A stretch of DNA of 64,000 nt from Macrostomum lignano (Eukaryota): positions 124,001 through 188,000 of the forward strand of contig NIVC01001967.1 of NCBI GenBank assembly GCA_002269645.1. Direction: 5' to 3'. Each line of letters begins with the position of its first letter. Position 1 is the stretch's first letter. Both the position numbers and the translations under genes were made by a program. Below, one piece after another: positions 38,513 to 52,300 of this stretch. The notes under the pieces are model-generated. The model had not been told where the DNA came from, searched no databases, and saw nothing but the letters and a program-made list of their open reading frames with translations.

Positions 38513-38889
38513 ACATGTTTTAAACACTAATAAAAATATTAAGAAAAAAAGCCAACATCAGAAACTTACCAACAGTAGAAAAGAGCCACGTTTTGCATGT
38601 ACCAATGCATACTATAGTGCATGTCATTCTGAAAGCTGTATATATTAAATTAGTTGTACGAGCGTACATGTAATTACTTGAATAATATTAAAGCACAACA
38701 ATACGGATAAACAAAACCACACGTACCTTGTTCCTTGGGTAGCTGTGAGCACAGACAGTTTTGATCCGGAGCAGGTAATAGGAGATGGGGGTTGTCTGGA
38801 AGTGAGAATTCATGGTAATGGGCATAGACACGAGCGGCGATAGCTAACTTGATTGTTCAATTTGTTCATCAGGATCCGAGTGGGAAGGG

Positions 38890-40104
38890 GGAATGGGGGT
38901 GTGGGGGCGAAGCCCCCCCCCTTACAGCCATAGACAATTTTATCCCGATATCCTGGTAAATTGCTTTATTGTCAATTTCAAACAATGGTAGATTGTATAG
39001 TATGCAACTTCGTTGAATAATGGCCTTAGACACTCGTGCGCTACGTGCTACGCGCACTCGAGTTTTGGCCATTATTCAACTCAGTTGCATACTATACAAG
39101 TGCATTGTATTTATACTTTCACTCAGCGCTCAGTCATTATTCCACACTTTTGCGGCCATTATTCCACACTTTTTATCATGCTTCAATTGGCTGTTTTAAG
39201 AGTTGTTTTACCCATAGACGACTGAGTTGTGTGGCTTAGTTTGACCATAGACAACACTGTGATGAGTGCTGATTTTGCTTGCGTCTTGCAAGAAATCAGG
39301 AAAGCGAGTAGTGGGAGAAAAAGCTATTTGTCTTGTCAAACAACTATGGCTATAGTGCATCTCGTCAAACAGCCGCGCTTATTAATTGAAAAAATCTTCC
39401 TGTCGACGACTGAACGAACCGTGCGGCGCTACCTAGGAAGAAAACGCGATCATGCAGTCTTCAACGCCTCGACGGCTACGAGTATAAACGATGCCTGAAA
39501 ACGGCCAATCGATTCAGTCGAGCAGCCGACAGTCCCAAAGAATCCCAGCTTGGATGTACCAAAGAAGCTCATCAGACGAAGCTCATCAGTCGCATGCCAA
39601 CTTAACCAAGACGTGCATCTTTCAAATGGTAAGTTCGGCAACTATACTTGAGCACCTGTATTTCTCTTTCATAGAAAACATTCAACATAGACCAACTCCT
39701 TTTGCAGTGCCAAATCATCAGGCTAAAGTGTCGAGCATCTTTGGAAACTGCGGCTTTGAGAACTATGCATGTTTCACTTTGGGTGACAAATTGATTTTTA
39801 CATTGTCAAATTTCGACTACAAACTGATGAACTGCACTAGCTGTGACATTTATTATTAACTCTTTTCGTGTAGCTGGTACTTTAGTTTTAATGATTTTTC
39901 CTTTTTGTTCATTTACTTCTTGTTGTTCTGTATTTATTAACAAAAATACTGAGCGATGGATTTTTTCTATCCAAATGTCTATGGTACACATCAAAACTGT
40001 GGAATAATGGCCAAAATATTTTTTCATTGCGTCTGGGTAAAAGTCTAATTACAATGACCGGTCATTGCTCGAATGTCGTTGCCTTAACCTAAATTACCAT
40101 AGAC
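38890..40104. mobile_element. Unclassified repeat cluster with CCATAGAC words and nested inverted repeats (possibly Crypton-related)
   Basis: GGGGGCGAAGCCCCC hairpin; CCATAGAC at 38928, 39212, 39245 and 40097, GTCTATGG at 39977; inverted GTTGAATAATGGCC/GGCCATTATTCAAC (39012-39080) and GGCCATTATTCCACA/TGTGGAATAATGGCC (~39155 and ~40000). Confidence 0.4.
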
Positions 40105-41164
40105 ATTTAGAACATTATATGTCCCTCAGCTACTGAACTGAGGAACATAGACTTAAAGCTACTGTGGTCAGCTAAAATATTTTTTCTAACTTTTTCGGGG
40201 CAAATTCTTAACATTTTTTGAATAGAGTGGCCCATCCAGGGCCACTAGATACTACATGTATCCATGCCCGAGGCTGCTCCTCGGCCTAGAAACCAGTCTT
40301 TATCATAGAAGTAAATAAACGTTAATAACTTATTACTGCCAATAGCTCGTACTAAGATAATACTAATTCATTTTTCAGTCTGTTGTACTTGGATCAGGTA
40401 AAGAAAAAAGTACAATTATAGAGGGAAATAAAGGACTACTCAAGTATTGCGACGGAAAGCAACATTTCTTGGAAAAATTTACGAGGCAGGTTTTACCAAA
40501 AAATACATTGCGGAGAGGTTTCCATTTTTTCAACGCAAAAATTGTTATTGCGTTAGGATTCTATGTTAATTTTACATCCCGTAGTTTCCCGTCCTTCTAC
40601 TTGAGTAGTCCTTGGGAAAAATTGTTGGGTCCATTTCTACTCAACAGCTAGATTAATATTATTAACTGGTATGCATGTATGCTTGCTGTCTGATGGCTTC
40701 CGAATTTAAAATGCTCTAGAGATTTTCGGATATGAGCTACGAAGCGTGCTAGCAATTAAATTGATGTCAGCTGCGTGAGCCATGATTAATCATTTTATTA
40801 GCAGTAGTGCTCTTCTTGCGTACATAATCCCACAGCACCAAAATTAATCAGTCCAGTGGCTCGATTTGTATGGATTTTTGGTATGAGTGATTAATAACAT
40901 ATTTGCATGCTTATCTGCTGCCGTTTAAGCGAATTTAATTTAAGTCATGGCTTTTTTCCGACTTACTGCTGGAGAGTACTTTATTGCTGTGCTCATGACA
41001 TCCGATCGCATGTGGAACATTCTTGTCCCGCAGATTCCCAACCAATCAGACACCGAAAGCAGCCTATTGGCCCCTGGCATTTCATTTTATTCAGCCAAAT
41101 GCGTGCAGGTGGCACTGGAAGCTGGAAACTTGCGATTCTATTGAACTTTCAGTGAAAGCATCTG

Positions 41165-44135
41165 ATGGACATGGACACGAATTCAGCATCAATATCGGAG
41201 CTGGACCCTGCAGGCTCGGAGGCGTCAATGAATGACGGGTGCCTTCAGCAGCTGCAGGCCAGCATGGGGCTGAATCCGGCCGATCCCACTCCCATGATCA
41301 ACTACTTTCGGTGCGCCAACAAGACCGACTTTGTTGAGGCGATTCGCCTGGCTTACAGGTCCCTGCAGGACAGCCGAAGAAGCGAGCTCCCCCTGATCCA
41401 GGCGATCATTTCTGTCTACGCCGTGTTCATGGCTTTCGGCGTCGTTGGCAACGGTTTGGTGATTTATGCTGTGGCCGCTAACAGGCACATGCGGACACCC
41501 AGGAACCTGTACATCGTGAACCTGGCCATCTCCGACCTCATTCTGTGCGCATTCACGCAGCCGTTGAACATAGTCCGACTGTTCCAGAGATACCGCAGCT
41601 GGGAGTTCGGGCTGTTTCTCTGCAAGACGGTCAACACGGTCACTGGAGTCAATGTATTCCTGTCAACATACGCCATCACTGCCATCGCCTTGGACAGGTT
41701 TCAGGTTGGTCAATTTCAACTTCATAAGGGCAGTCTGAACCTAGAAATCTTATTCAGTAAGGTTTCTTTGTTTTGAAGGCAAGATTGAGTACTTAAAGAG
41801 CTTTCTTTGAAAACTTGGGCAGCAAAAAAACTAGCTGAACTGAAGGTCGCTGAGGATCACGAGAAATTTGTTAATTTTTCATGAGTACACTCTTTGCGGC
41901 AGCCGTTAAGGCGTCTTGTTATTTTACAGGCGTTTAAACCCTCTCCATTGGTTTTTTTGCTTGGGAATTCGTCATGTGGCTCCCAAAACTGTGCCCTTGA
42001 GACTTCTGCAAAACGATTCTCCTGCACAACTGTCTGCGGGCTTATATTGATTATCTGGTCAATTAACTCCCATTTACAGCGTACAGTTGCTTAGTCTGCA
42101 ATTTGTTACCAGTGTGGAATAGAGAGTTAGAAAAATATTTTGATTGAAAGCACAACATCATCGGTCTCTTGGGTACTAAATATTCTGAATTAAGTAGACC
42201 CCGAGGCAAATCGATTCTCCTAGTCAAGGAATATTAAACATTGCATTGGCTGAGCAACTGTGTACTGATGACTACAACTTGTAAAAAGTCACAACATACT
42301 CATGGGCCTAAGATTCATTTTTGTCTAGGTGTGTAGCGTCTTCAAAGCAGTCGAATAAAGCATTCTAAATAAAGAGCATTGACTCGTTTGATTAGCTAAG
42401 AAAATGCCCGGTTCTAAGAGAAACAACCTTCAATAAAATAATGTGCACTGCACGTTAACATTATCCCTCTTTTTAAATGCGCTGGGGTGCTGATTTTTTA
42501 ATTTTATTGTAATATTGATTAGCTTAAACTAGTTAAGACAGTCCAAGAAAAAATAGCTACCAAAGCTAGTGAATAAATGGTATATATTTTCGACGTAAAA
42601 TAGTATTCAAGCTTATTTATGAAGCTAATAGTTCGTATGAAGCCCCAGGGCAGTTGCATTCTAGCTTGTGTCATCATGTCTTTGATGAATATTACTAGAC
42701 TTTCCATTATTCCTACATCTTCTTGAGTCATTCGGTACAATACTTTATCCTCTGCAGTAAATTTTTTGAATTTGAAACTTAATCAAAGATTTCCTGTCCA
42801 AAACTTATCATTATAAATGTTCCAGCTCAACTCAAACAGGAAGCGAACTTCCTTTTCTATCCCCCACATAGCACTTTGGACAGGTCCTATTCTTGTAAAG
42901 GATCTCTGGTCTCGCAGTCCTCATTGCTGCGAAGGCCAGTTTATGGTTTGCTAATTAACTAAAACTAATCAACCAACTGTCTGCAGGTGATTGCCTACCC
43001 AAACCTGGCCAGCCAGAGCAGCGGTGCGGCAAGCATCTGCGTGGCCTGTCTCTGGGTGGCCTCGGCTTTGCTAGCGAGTCCCCTCGCCTGGTTCGCCTCC
43101 GTCACCACCGTGCCCGACCCGTTTGGAGGCGCAGACGCGGTTTTCTGCGGCGAAATGACTACCGATGCAACGGTGAAGCGTTGGAAGGCCATTTATAGCG
43201 GAATCGTGCTCGTATTTCAATACCTGATTCCGCTATCCATGGTGGTGATCGCGTATGGAACCGTCTGCCGCCGGCTCAATCAGAAAGTTCGCCGGCGTCA
43301 TGCTGGCACAGCTGGCTTGCCAAGCAACAACACTATTGGCATTGCTAACAATACAAACTGCACCAATAACATGAACGCTTGCAGTTATTATAACAACGCG
43401 GCCACTGCATTCCAGCGCCGTCGCCTGTACTTGGAGCAACGCAGAGGACGGCGGGCTAACCTTGTCCTACTGTTAATAGCAGTAGTTTTCGCAGTTTCCT
43501 GGCTGCCCCTGACCCTCTGCAACGTCTACCACGATATCGCTGATCTTAGCGTACAGCAGGTTTCTTCAGCGTCGGAGCAACAGCAGCAACCCGGTGATGG
43601 GGGCCGAAACAGCACCTGGGAAGGCGGAAGTTTCCATACCCTAAGGAACATTGAGTCCGTTGGTCGCAGCAGCGTTGCAGCCACAGTGGCTTTGCACTTC
43701 GCTCCTCCGCTACTAGTGCTGGTGTCCGCCTGTCTGAACCCAGTGTTCTACGGCTTATTTAACTACAACTTCCAGACGGAGCTGCGTCGAATATGCCAAC
43801 GTCTGCTGCTGCGAGTTCCAGGCCGGCGCAGACAGGTTTTCCGGCGACGACTGCGCTTGCCACGGATGCGGCAGCTTCGCCAGCATAGGCATCGCGATCC
43901 GCAAGGCGATGATGCCAGCGATATTGTCGGCACTGTAGGTCAACAGCGGCGAGTGTTTCTCTCTAACCTGCTGCGGCTTGCGAATCTGCCGCTGCGCAGA
44001 GCGACGACAACTCATTCAGCAACAGCATCGATTTGGCAGCCGCAGCTCACCTGTGTCACTGAGACTGCTCTTCGCGATACTCAGGGCGACCTGCCGTATA
44101 TTGACGATGAAGATCAGACGCTGGGGCTTGTCTGA
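41165..44135 (+). CDS. Rhodopsin-family neuropeptide GPCR, NPY/NPF-receptor-like (562 aa, 2 exons)
   Basis: join(41165-41704, 42987-44135), phase-0 GT-AG intron after DRFQ. Motifs GN (TM1), MRTPRNLYIVNLAISDL, W.FG..LCK, DRF, VFQYLIPL, FAVSWLPL, NPVFYG. Confidence 0.92.
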
Positions 44136-47101
44136 TGAAAACGATAGATTCTAGACGCATCTTGCATGCACTGAACTACTGAAACTGTCAAACTGACCAG
44201 ACACTTTCGACCGATTAACTACCCGGGTATTCTGACAGATTATTATTTTCCGAAGAGGAAGCTTTTGTAAACTACTGCACATGCACAGCACTATACTGAA
44301 CTTACATATGCTCACTTTATCGTACCTGCGTCCTGCCCTTTGCACGTTATCTCATGCGATACTTACTAATCGGATCATGGAAATCAATCTGTTTTCGAGA
44401 CGGTTGACCGGTCGATGCACAAGACCACTGGCCAAAAAATTGCTTAGTCTTGTGCAAAAGCTTTTAACCCATTATCGGCTTTATGCTTGCACATCGCGTG
44501 AGCCACAAAAAGTCAGACTCATGACGATTCAGCAAGCGGCATTGCAAGATCTAATTACTGCCAGATCGAATTTCTGCGAATGGTCAGCCATAACTGCGGT
44601 TTAGCTGATCCTCCCCTTTTGTATATTTCTGAGCATGCTAAGGATCGCTAATGCGCGCATAAGCCAGAAATGAATAAAATAAGCGAGTTGATTTTCATAG
44701 AGCAGCCAGTAATGCATTTGCTTTAGCAAATATTTGCCGGAGAATAAATGGTACTTGGCCAATCGGACTGGAAGTTATGTCGAATTTTGGCCAGTTACAG
44801 GCATGATGCTATAAATTAGAATAAAATCAAACAACTGGCAAAAATGACAAGCTGCAAATCAGTACCGTATCACTGGTACAGATGAATTACACTTGTAGAG
44901 CACTTGCTGCTATATTCGAGTTGTTGCAACTCCAACTTTGCTAGGCCAAGTGATTTATTATGCTGCAGCCAAGGATTTTAGTGCTGCTACCATCGTGCAC
45001 ATTCTCCCGCAAGGAGAGAGTCCATCGTTAATAATGTAGAATTCAGTAGCATTTTGCAAGCCGGTCGAGGTGTGGGAGCAAGCAGTTCAATAATCAATTG
45101 CTAGGGAAAATTTATGTTCAAGCATCTTTGCCAGCTCCATGTTTCAAAGCATATAAGGACTCTAGGTTCGAGCAAGCTATTAATACGACATAGAATAGCT
45201 GAACATATTCGAATAATTATACAAAAAGACTCTTAGTCAGGTTTGGCCTTAGACAAAAACTAATTTTGGGCAGTCTTTTGTGTCGAAGTTTCATTCAATC
45301 GTGGTGCAGTTTTTAATGTTCAATCTATCAACACTTCTTCCTCAGTAAGTCTCTCTCGATCGATCGAAGTACTGGTACTTAGTTTTCTATATGAATAATA
45401 GAATTAGACAGTTTGCTATACCGAATCAAGTCACCCGCAGCCCGACTGTCTTCTTCATTACTCGAGACTTGTCAGCCGTACTCAAAGGTAAGTGCAATAT
45501 ATTCTGAAATGAAGAAGTGACACGTGCGCGTGTACTTTATTTGGTTGGCAATGATAATAAGCAATTGGAAAGAGAGTTATCAAGACGCTGAAAGTATGGT
45601 GTTAAACCTGAGAAAAGAGAGACAGCGTCAAATAAAATAGGAAAGATAAGAGAAAAGAGAGGTCTTAGGAATGAGCTTTCCTGTCATATTGCATGTGTAT
45701 CAGATAGTGGCATCGGTGCTAGCACGTTCGATGGAGTCTTGGGTTGAGCCTCAGCTCGGAGTCAGCCAGACAGGCACTGCCCAAGGACCACTAGTAGTAT
45801 ATCAGTACCGTTGATGCTACACTCAAAGATGGTGCAATTTTTCGAAACAGTATAAGAGAAAAAATGAATGCACCGCAATGAACTCGATGTTCTCAACGCC
45901 TATGAGTTTTATTTAGTTTGCCAGGTAAGAGTTGCGTGCTGCATTGCATTACCGTATCAAGGGGAAGTCAGGCCATTCCAAGCAGAAACATAGCACTTCA
46001 GGTGACGGAAATTGGTCCAGACACAGTCCAGGGCAGAATGGGAAGATACGATGTTGATATTAATTCAGACGCACAGTACCTGAGCTATTACGTGCTTCCG
46101 CCACAGCGCTTCGATCATTGCTGCATCCGAACTGCCCGTCACTCGGCCCGTGTCATCCCATTTTGCCCTGCTGCCTAACTCCACTGGCAGATCTCCTTAA
46201 ACTCTGGAAAAGCAGGGCAGGAAGATAATTGCTTCTTATAAGTCATCATTTCCAGGTGGACAGCTATAGGTAGAGTACATATAGTCCCAGATGATTAAGG
46301 ACTTCATGCTGAAAATGCATGCGCATATTGTTGGCTGCTGCTGTTATTATTCACAGTTGCCATTGGCATCTGGCACATGCATGAACAGAGAAGACTCGAA
46401 TGTAAGGAAATTCAGTAGCGCAAATGATTGGGCAGGGAGCGAATACAGTAGGAAATGTGTGTTGGGAAAGCTTCGCTCATGTGCGTGTGTCCGACCATCA
46501 CCTCTGAAAGAATAGGAGTAATTCAGCTTCTAACATCTCGCAAAGCATTGAAACTCGTATCGAGGGTTTCTAAATGCAAAAAGGAGTACATATAACTGAG
46601 TACACGTTCGTCGAAGCTCACTGACTACATATTTTATATTCCAGATGTTTCAAGGTTATCCTCCGCAGAAAGGCTTTAGCGAAGCCGAAATCAACCGTAT
46701 TTTATGGCTAATTGCCTGGCAGAAGTTACTGACTCTCACCTTGGCGTGCATTGTTGTCGTGTTTGTGGTTTACATGTTTTCAAGAGACTTGGCCATCATT
46801 CTCAGAGCTATCTGTTTCGGATTTGCAGCGCAAATAAAAGCAAAAAGAACGGAAATGGCGAACCAGAAGCTGGTGGACACAATTAAATAGGCATTGATTG
46901 CAGCGTCTTGATTCAGAATGCCATCGAATGCAGCTCTTTTCTATCTATTTACTATTGGCTGGCTTCTATTTAATAAACTATATCCATTTATTATAGTTAT
47001 GCCTAATCTATGCACTACCGGTATTCGCACCTGCATATGCTATAAGCCCGTACACCAATTCGACATCAGCGATGTTGACCGACGTTCCGACTTCTATTGA
47101 G

Positions 47102-47213
47102 GTCGCTGACAAACATGTACTTTTACATTCATCGACGGATAACGGCGTCGTCCGTCGGCGGCGAAACGGCAGCTGAACGTTGATGCAATGTAAAAGTACA
47201 TATTATCAGCGAC
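47102..47213. repeat. Imperfect palindrome (MITE-like)
   Basis: GTCGCTGACAAACATGTACTTTTACATT ... AATGTAAAAGTACATATTATCAGCGAC arms around a GC-rich core. Confidence 0.6.
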
Positions 47214-49020
47214 GTCGATAGACTTCCCGTACATCGGCCAGCGTCGCAGACGTCGGATGACTGTGAGGAATGTTTCAACTTATGTAATAGTATATTGTAC
47301 AATAGTCACCCCACTACCCCACTGGATGAATACATGTACTTACTGTGCATGCTACAGTTACATGTGACTGTCGCTGTCAGTTTTACTAAAAATAAATATG
47401 TCGTCTAAATGTAAAATGCATTGAATTGGCAGCCAAGCACAAATTCGTACGTGTACAATAGTCACTCGGCCAAAAAGTAACCCTCGCTGGTCAGCAAGCG
47501 TCGATAAGCTAGCAAATTGGATCGATGCATACATGTACAGTTGAGCGACAATGTGCTACTACATAAGCACCACTGAAGAACACAGTATGTTGCACGATCC
47601 CAAATATTGACAGGCTTCGTATTGCTGCATACGTATTGCTGCATGGGTACACAACATCTGGATTTCTGTCAAACAGCAAAAAATACGGATAGGAAGTAAG
47701 ATCGACGCGTTCAAAGGCAAAATTATTGGCCCAGCCAATACAGAAGCGGTGAAAAATGCACTACGTCCGTCGTAAGTACTCTTTGGAGGCTCGTATTAGT
47801 TCCTATAGCTTCCTAAAGGAAGCGAGTACATGTAGTTGATTGACGGCCTTGCCCGTTTTAAAGTGAAGGAAACATGTTCTTCACTTTGTACCAGTAAATC
47901 ATCTTCAAGCATTTTTCTCAATCTTCCTTATTATCGCGTGTGTAGGATCCAGGAACTATTTACATGTAAGTAGTCCCTGGTAGCATCTTGTTGTGTTCTC
48001 TTATGTTGTCCTTGGTTATCCATGTACGGCTAAAAGAAGGCAGCGACACAATTATTTTCTGTAATTGTTAGTGATTTTCCCGTAGTGTTGCTATTGATTG
48101 ACGACGATTGATATAATTTCCAATATACTAAAAATCAAAACTATGTACCTATAGGAACCTTCGCTTAACTTCACTCTACATGGTCGGAATTTCGTGGGGT
48201 TTTCTGCATTCGATGCGTATTGATGACGCGCTGGTACACGAAATTTCGCTAAGAAATTGCTTCATTTTTTCGGGCTTAAATATTCGAAAAACTCGATTTT
48301 CTCCCTGTTTTTTAAAGTTCAAACAGTTCTTTCCGATTGAGAAGGAGTCTGACTGCCGATGGAATTGTATTGCATCATAACTCAGTGCCAACTATAGCAT
48401 TGGTTCTCTACACTCGCGTGGAGAGCTACAAGCGTTGAAAGGTTGCGCAACACCTTTAAGTTATTGAAATTGAGGGGCGGGTGTCACTATTCAATTATTC
48501 ATGGGCTGGCTTGGTTGTTAATTTCAATGCATCAACTTGCAGGCCTCTCACTGTAGCTAGCGCTGAATGTACACCTTATGAATTTGAATGCTTTAAAGCA
48601 GGAATGTTTAATCGTTGTTTGTGCTTCGAGTTTTTTACTTTCAGAAGAGAGCCTTGTGCCCTTGTATTGCTAGAAAGAGCTTGAAACGCTGAGTTCGGGA
48701 ATATAATTTCTTTGCTTAGATTCGAAAAATTGAAAGCACAGCATTAAAAAGAAGATTCCTATGAATTTTACTTTATATACTCATTGTACACTCTCCAATA
48801 TCGCAAACCCCTACTTTATCGCAACTCCACAATTCAAGCCAGCGCCATTGAATTTAGATTTAGATTGCGTAACCATATTGGTGACTTTATTTGAAACTGA
48901 TACAGACTGGCTGAGAAATTATGTCATAACTGCTTCGTATGATTTACTCTGTGCGTGGAGTTTTGAAAGTGTTGAATTATGTACTCGTAAGTGCTACAAT
49001 TTATGTTATCAAAACAATGA

Positions 49021-49077
49021 GAGATAGCCTAGAGGCAAACAGACTGACCTGCTAATGCAGCGACGTGGGTTCGAATT
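49021..49077 (+). ncRNA. tRNA-like cassette in H1
   Basis: TAGCCTAGAGG..CTGCTAATGCAG..GGGTTCGAAT followed by T5; diverged homolog of 52958-53015. Confidence 0.45.
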
Positions 49078-49209
49078 TTTAAATTGTAGAAGTTTTTTAT
49101 TAAAAAAATTAATTTTAAACTTTTTAGCTAAAGAAAACTAAAAAACGTCAGGTAAATCAGGTAGAAGAGAAGCTACGAGTATTCATGTAGTATATTCAAA
49201 TTTTTTTAT

Positions 49210-52200
49210 TAAACTGAGATGCCAAGGCTAAGAGGGAATTTCTGAGATATCAAGACGTGAGGGGAATTGCTGAGATTTCAAGACTTACTGGGGGAATTAC
49301 TGAGATATAAGGGCTTACTGAGATAATTACTGAGATGCCAAGGCTTAAGAGTGAATTGCTGAGATGTCAAGGCTTGAAGGGAATTTCTGAGGTGTCAAGG
49401 CTTGGTGGGAATTGCTGAGATGTTAAGTCTTGGGGAAGAATTCTATGGATTGGGGAATCTTTGAACGAGAGATGCTTCTAATGGATATCTCGAGGAGATT
49501 AGGGGATTCTTTGGCCAAAAATTCTATTCATGGGCGGATTATTTGGATGGGAGATTCTTTGGATTCCTTGAATGGGGAATTCTGTTGATGGGGATTATTT
49601 GGACGTGGATTTTTTAACGGGTTTTTTAGATGAGGGTATTCTTTGGCCAATTATTCTTTTGATGGGAGAATCAATGGATAATGTGGATGGAGATTCTGTG
49701 GATGGGGATTATTTGGACGTGGATTTTTTGAACGGGTTTTTTTAGATGAGGGTATTCTTTGGCCAATTATTCTTTTGATGGGAGAATCAAGGGATAATGT
49801 GGATGGGGATTATTTGGACGTGGATTATTTGCATGGAGATTATTTGGAGGGGGATTCTTTAGATAGGAATGGATGGGGATTGATAGGAGGATTCTTTGGA
49901 TAGGGATAAATAGGGGCATTTTTTCGATAGGGATGGATGGGGGATTCTTTGGATATGGATGGGTGGGGGGATTCTTTCGATAGGGATTCTGTGAATGAGG
50001 GATTATTTAAATAGGGATTCTTTTGAAGGGGATTCTTTGCATGTGAGATGTTATGGATGGGCAATGCATTGGATGGGAAGTTCTTCAGATAGGAGAATTC
50101 CTTGAATGGGGAATTCTTTGGATCCGGGATTCTATTGATAGCTGGGTTCTTTGGATGGGGGATTTTTTTATATGGATGGAGGTCGGGGATTTTTTGGATA
50201 GGGATGGATAGGGGGATTCTTCGGATCGGGGATTCTATCGATGGGGGTTCTTTGGATGGGGATTCTCTGCATGTAAGATTCTATGGATGGGCAATTCTTC
50301 AGATAGGAGAATTCCTTGAATGGGGAATTCTTTGGATGGGGGATTCTTTGGATGGGGGATTCTTTAGATGGGGGATTCTTTGATGGGGGATTCTTTGGAT
50401 GGGGGATTCTTTGGATGGGGGATTCTTTGGATGGGGGATTCTTTGGATGGGGGATTCTTTGGATGGGGGATTCTTTGGATGGGGGATTCTTTAGATGGGG
50501 GATTCTTCGGATCGGTGATTCTATCGATGGGAGGTTTTTTGGATGGCGGATTCTTTGCATGTGAGATTCTTTGTATCGTGGATTCTATGGGTGGTGTATT
50601 CTTTGGATGAGGGATTCTTTGGATGGGAGATTCAGTTGGGTGAAATTTTATTGCGTGGGAAAACTGTGGCTGGAGTTTGGACGGAAAGCCCCAACGGGAG
50701 TTGGAATTGGCTAGCTGAGGAAATTGCTTCACTAATCTTGCAGGAGGTAATTTCTATCAGGGGATGCTTGCTATCGGAAGGACGCTCGCTCTTGGGGGAT
50801 GCTTGCTCGGAAGAGAATTTTAAGATGTCAAGATTTACAGGGGGAATTATTGAGATACATGTATAAAATCTTACCTTGGGGAATTAATGACATGTGAAGG
50901 CTTAAGAGGGACTTGCTGAGATGCCAAGGCTTAAGAGGGAATTGCTGAGGTGTCAAGTCTTGTTGGGGAATTGCTGAGATGCCAAGGCTTAAGAGGGAGT
51001 TCCTGAGATTTCAAGACTTGGGAAGGAGAATTACTCAGATGTCAAGGCTTAGGGGAATTTCTGAGATGTCAAGGCTTGTGGGGGGAATCGCTGAGATGTG
51101 AAGGCTTAAGAGGGAATCGCTGAGATGTCAAGGCTTGTGGGGGAATTGCTGAGGTTTGAAGGCTTAAAAAGGAATTGCTGAGGTCTTAAGTCTCGGGGAG
51201 GGGAATCGCTAAGATGCCAAGGCTTTGGACGGGGAGAAATTGCTAAGATGTCAAGACTTACTGGAGGAATTACTGAGATATGAAGGCTAACTGGGAGAAT
51301 TACTGAGATATGAAGGCTTACTAGGAGAATTACTGAGATATCAAGGCTTGGGGAGGGGAATTACTGAGATGTCAAGGCTTTTGGCGGGGAGAAATTGGTA
51401 ACATGTCAAGGCTTGCGCCGGAATTGCTTAGATGTCAATGCTTGGGGAAAATTTCTGAGGTGTCGAGGCTTGGGGGAATTGCTGAGATGTTAAGTCTTGG
51501 GGGAATTCTATGGATTGATGATTCTTTGGATGAGGGATGCTTCTAATGGATAAATTTGGATAGGTGATTCATTGGGCAATTTCTTCGGTGGGGCATTGTT
51601 TTGGTGGAGGGCTTTTTGAATGGGGGATTCTTTAGATGAATGATTCTTTAGATGGGGGTTATTTGAACGGGGGTTCTTTAGATGAGGGGATTCTGGGATT
51701 ATTTGGCCAATTATTCTTTTGATGTGGGATTATTTCAGGATGTGAATTCTTTGGAGGGGGATTTTTTGGAGGAGGAATTTTTTGGATATGGATGGTTGAG
51801 GGGATTATTTAGATAGAAATGGATGGGGAAATTCTTTGGATATGGATGAATAGGAGGATTCTTGGGATAGGGACCGATGGGGTATTCTTTAGATAGGGAT
51901 GGATGGGCGATTCTTTGGATAGGGATGGGTGGGGGGATTCTTTGGATAGAGGGTTTCTGTGTATGGGGGATTTCTTGAATAAGGGATTCATTGGACGAGG
52001 AATTCTTCAGATGGGAGGATTCCTTGAATTGGGAATTCTTCGGATCGGGGATTCTATCAATGGGATGGGATGGGGATGGGACGGGAAGGATTGGTATTCT
52101 TTGCATGTGAGATTCTATGGATGGGCGATTAATTAAATAGGGAATTCTACAGATAGAGGATTCCTTGAATGGGAAATTCTTCGGATCGGGGATTCTGTCG

Positions 52201-52300
52201 ATGGGGGGTTCCTTGTATGGGGATTCTTTGGATGAGGGTTTTTTGCATGTGAGATTATTTGCATCAGGGATTTTATGGATGAGAGATTCTTTGGATGGAA
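49210..52300 (+). repeat. Alternating 30-mer (GGGGAATTGCTGAGATGTCAAGGCTTACTG; 49210-49435, 50820-51500) and ~16-mer (GGATGGGGGATTCTTT; 49440-50630, 51500-52300) satellites
   Basis: Direct reading; explains spurious ORFs 49840-52136. Confidence 0.9.

Noticed and set aside
45705-45760. Possible tRNA-derived SINE head
   Set aside because: A and B boxes too degenerate (GGGTTGAGCC) to support.
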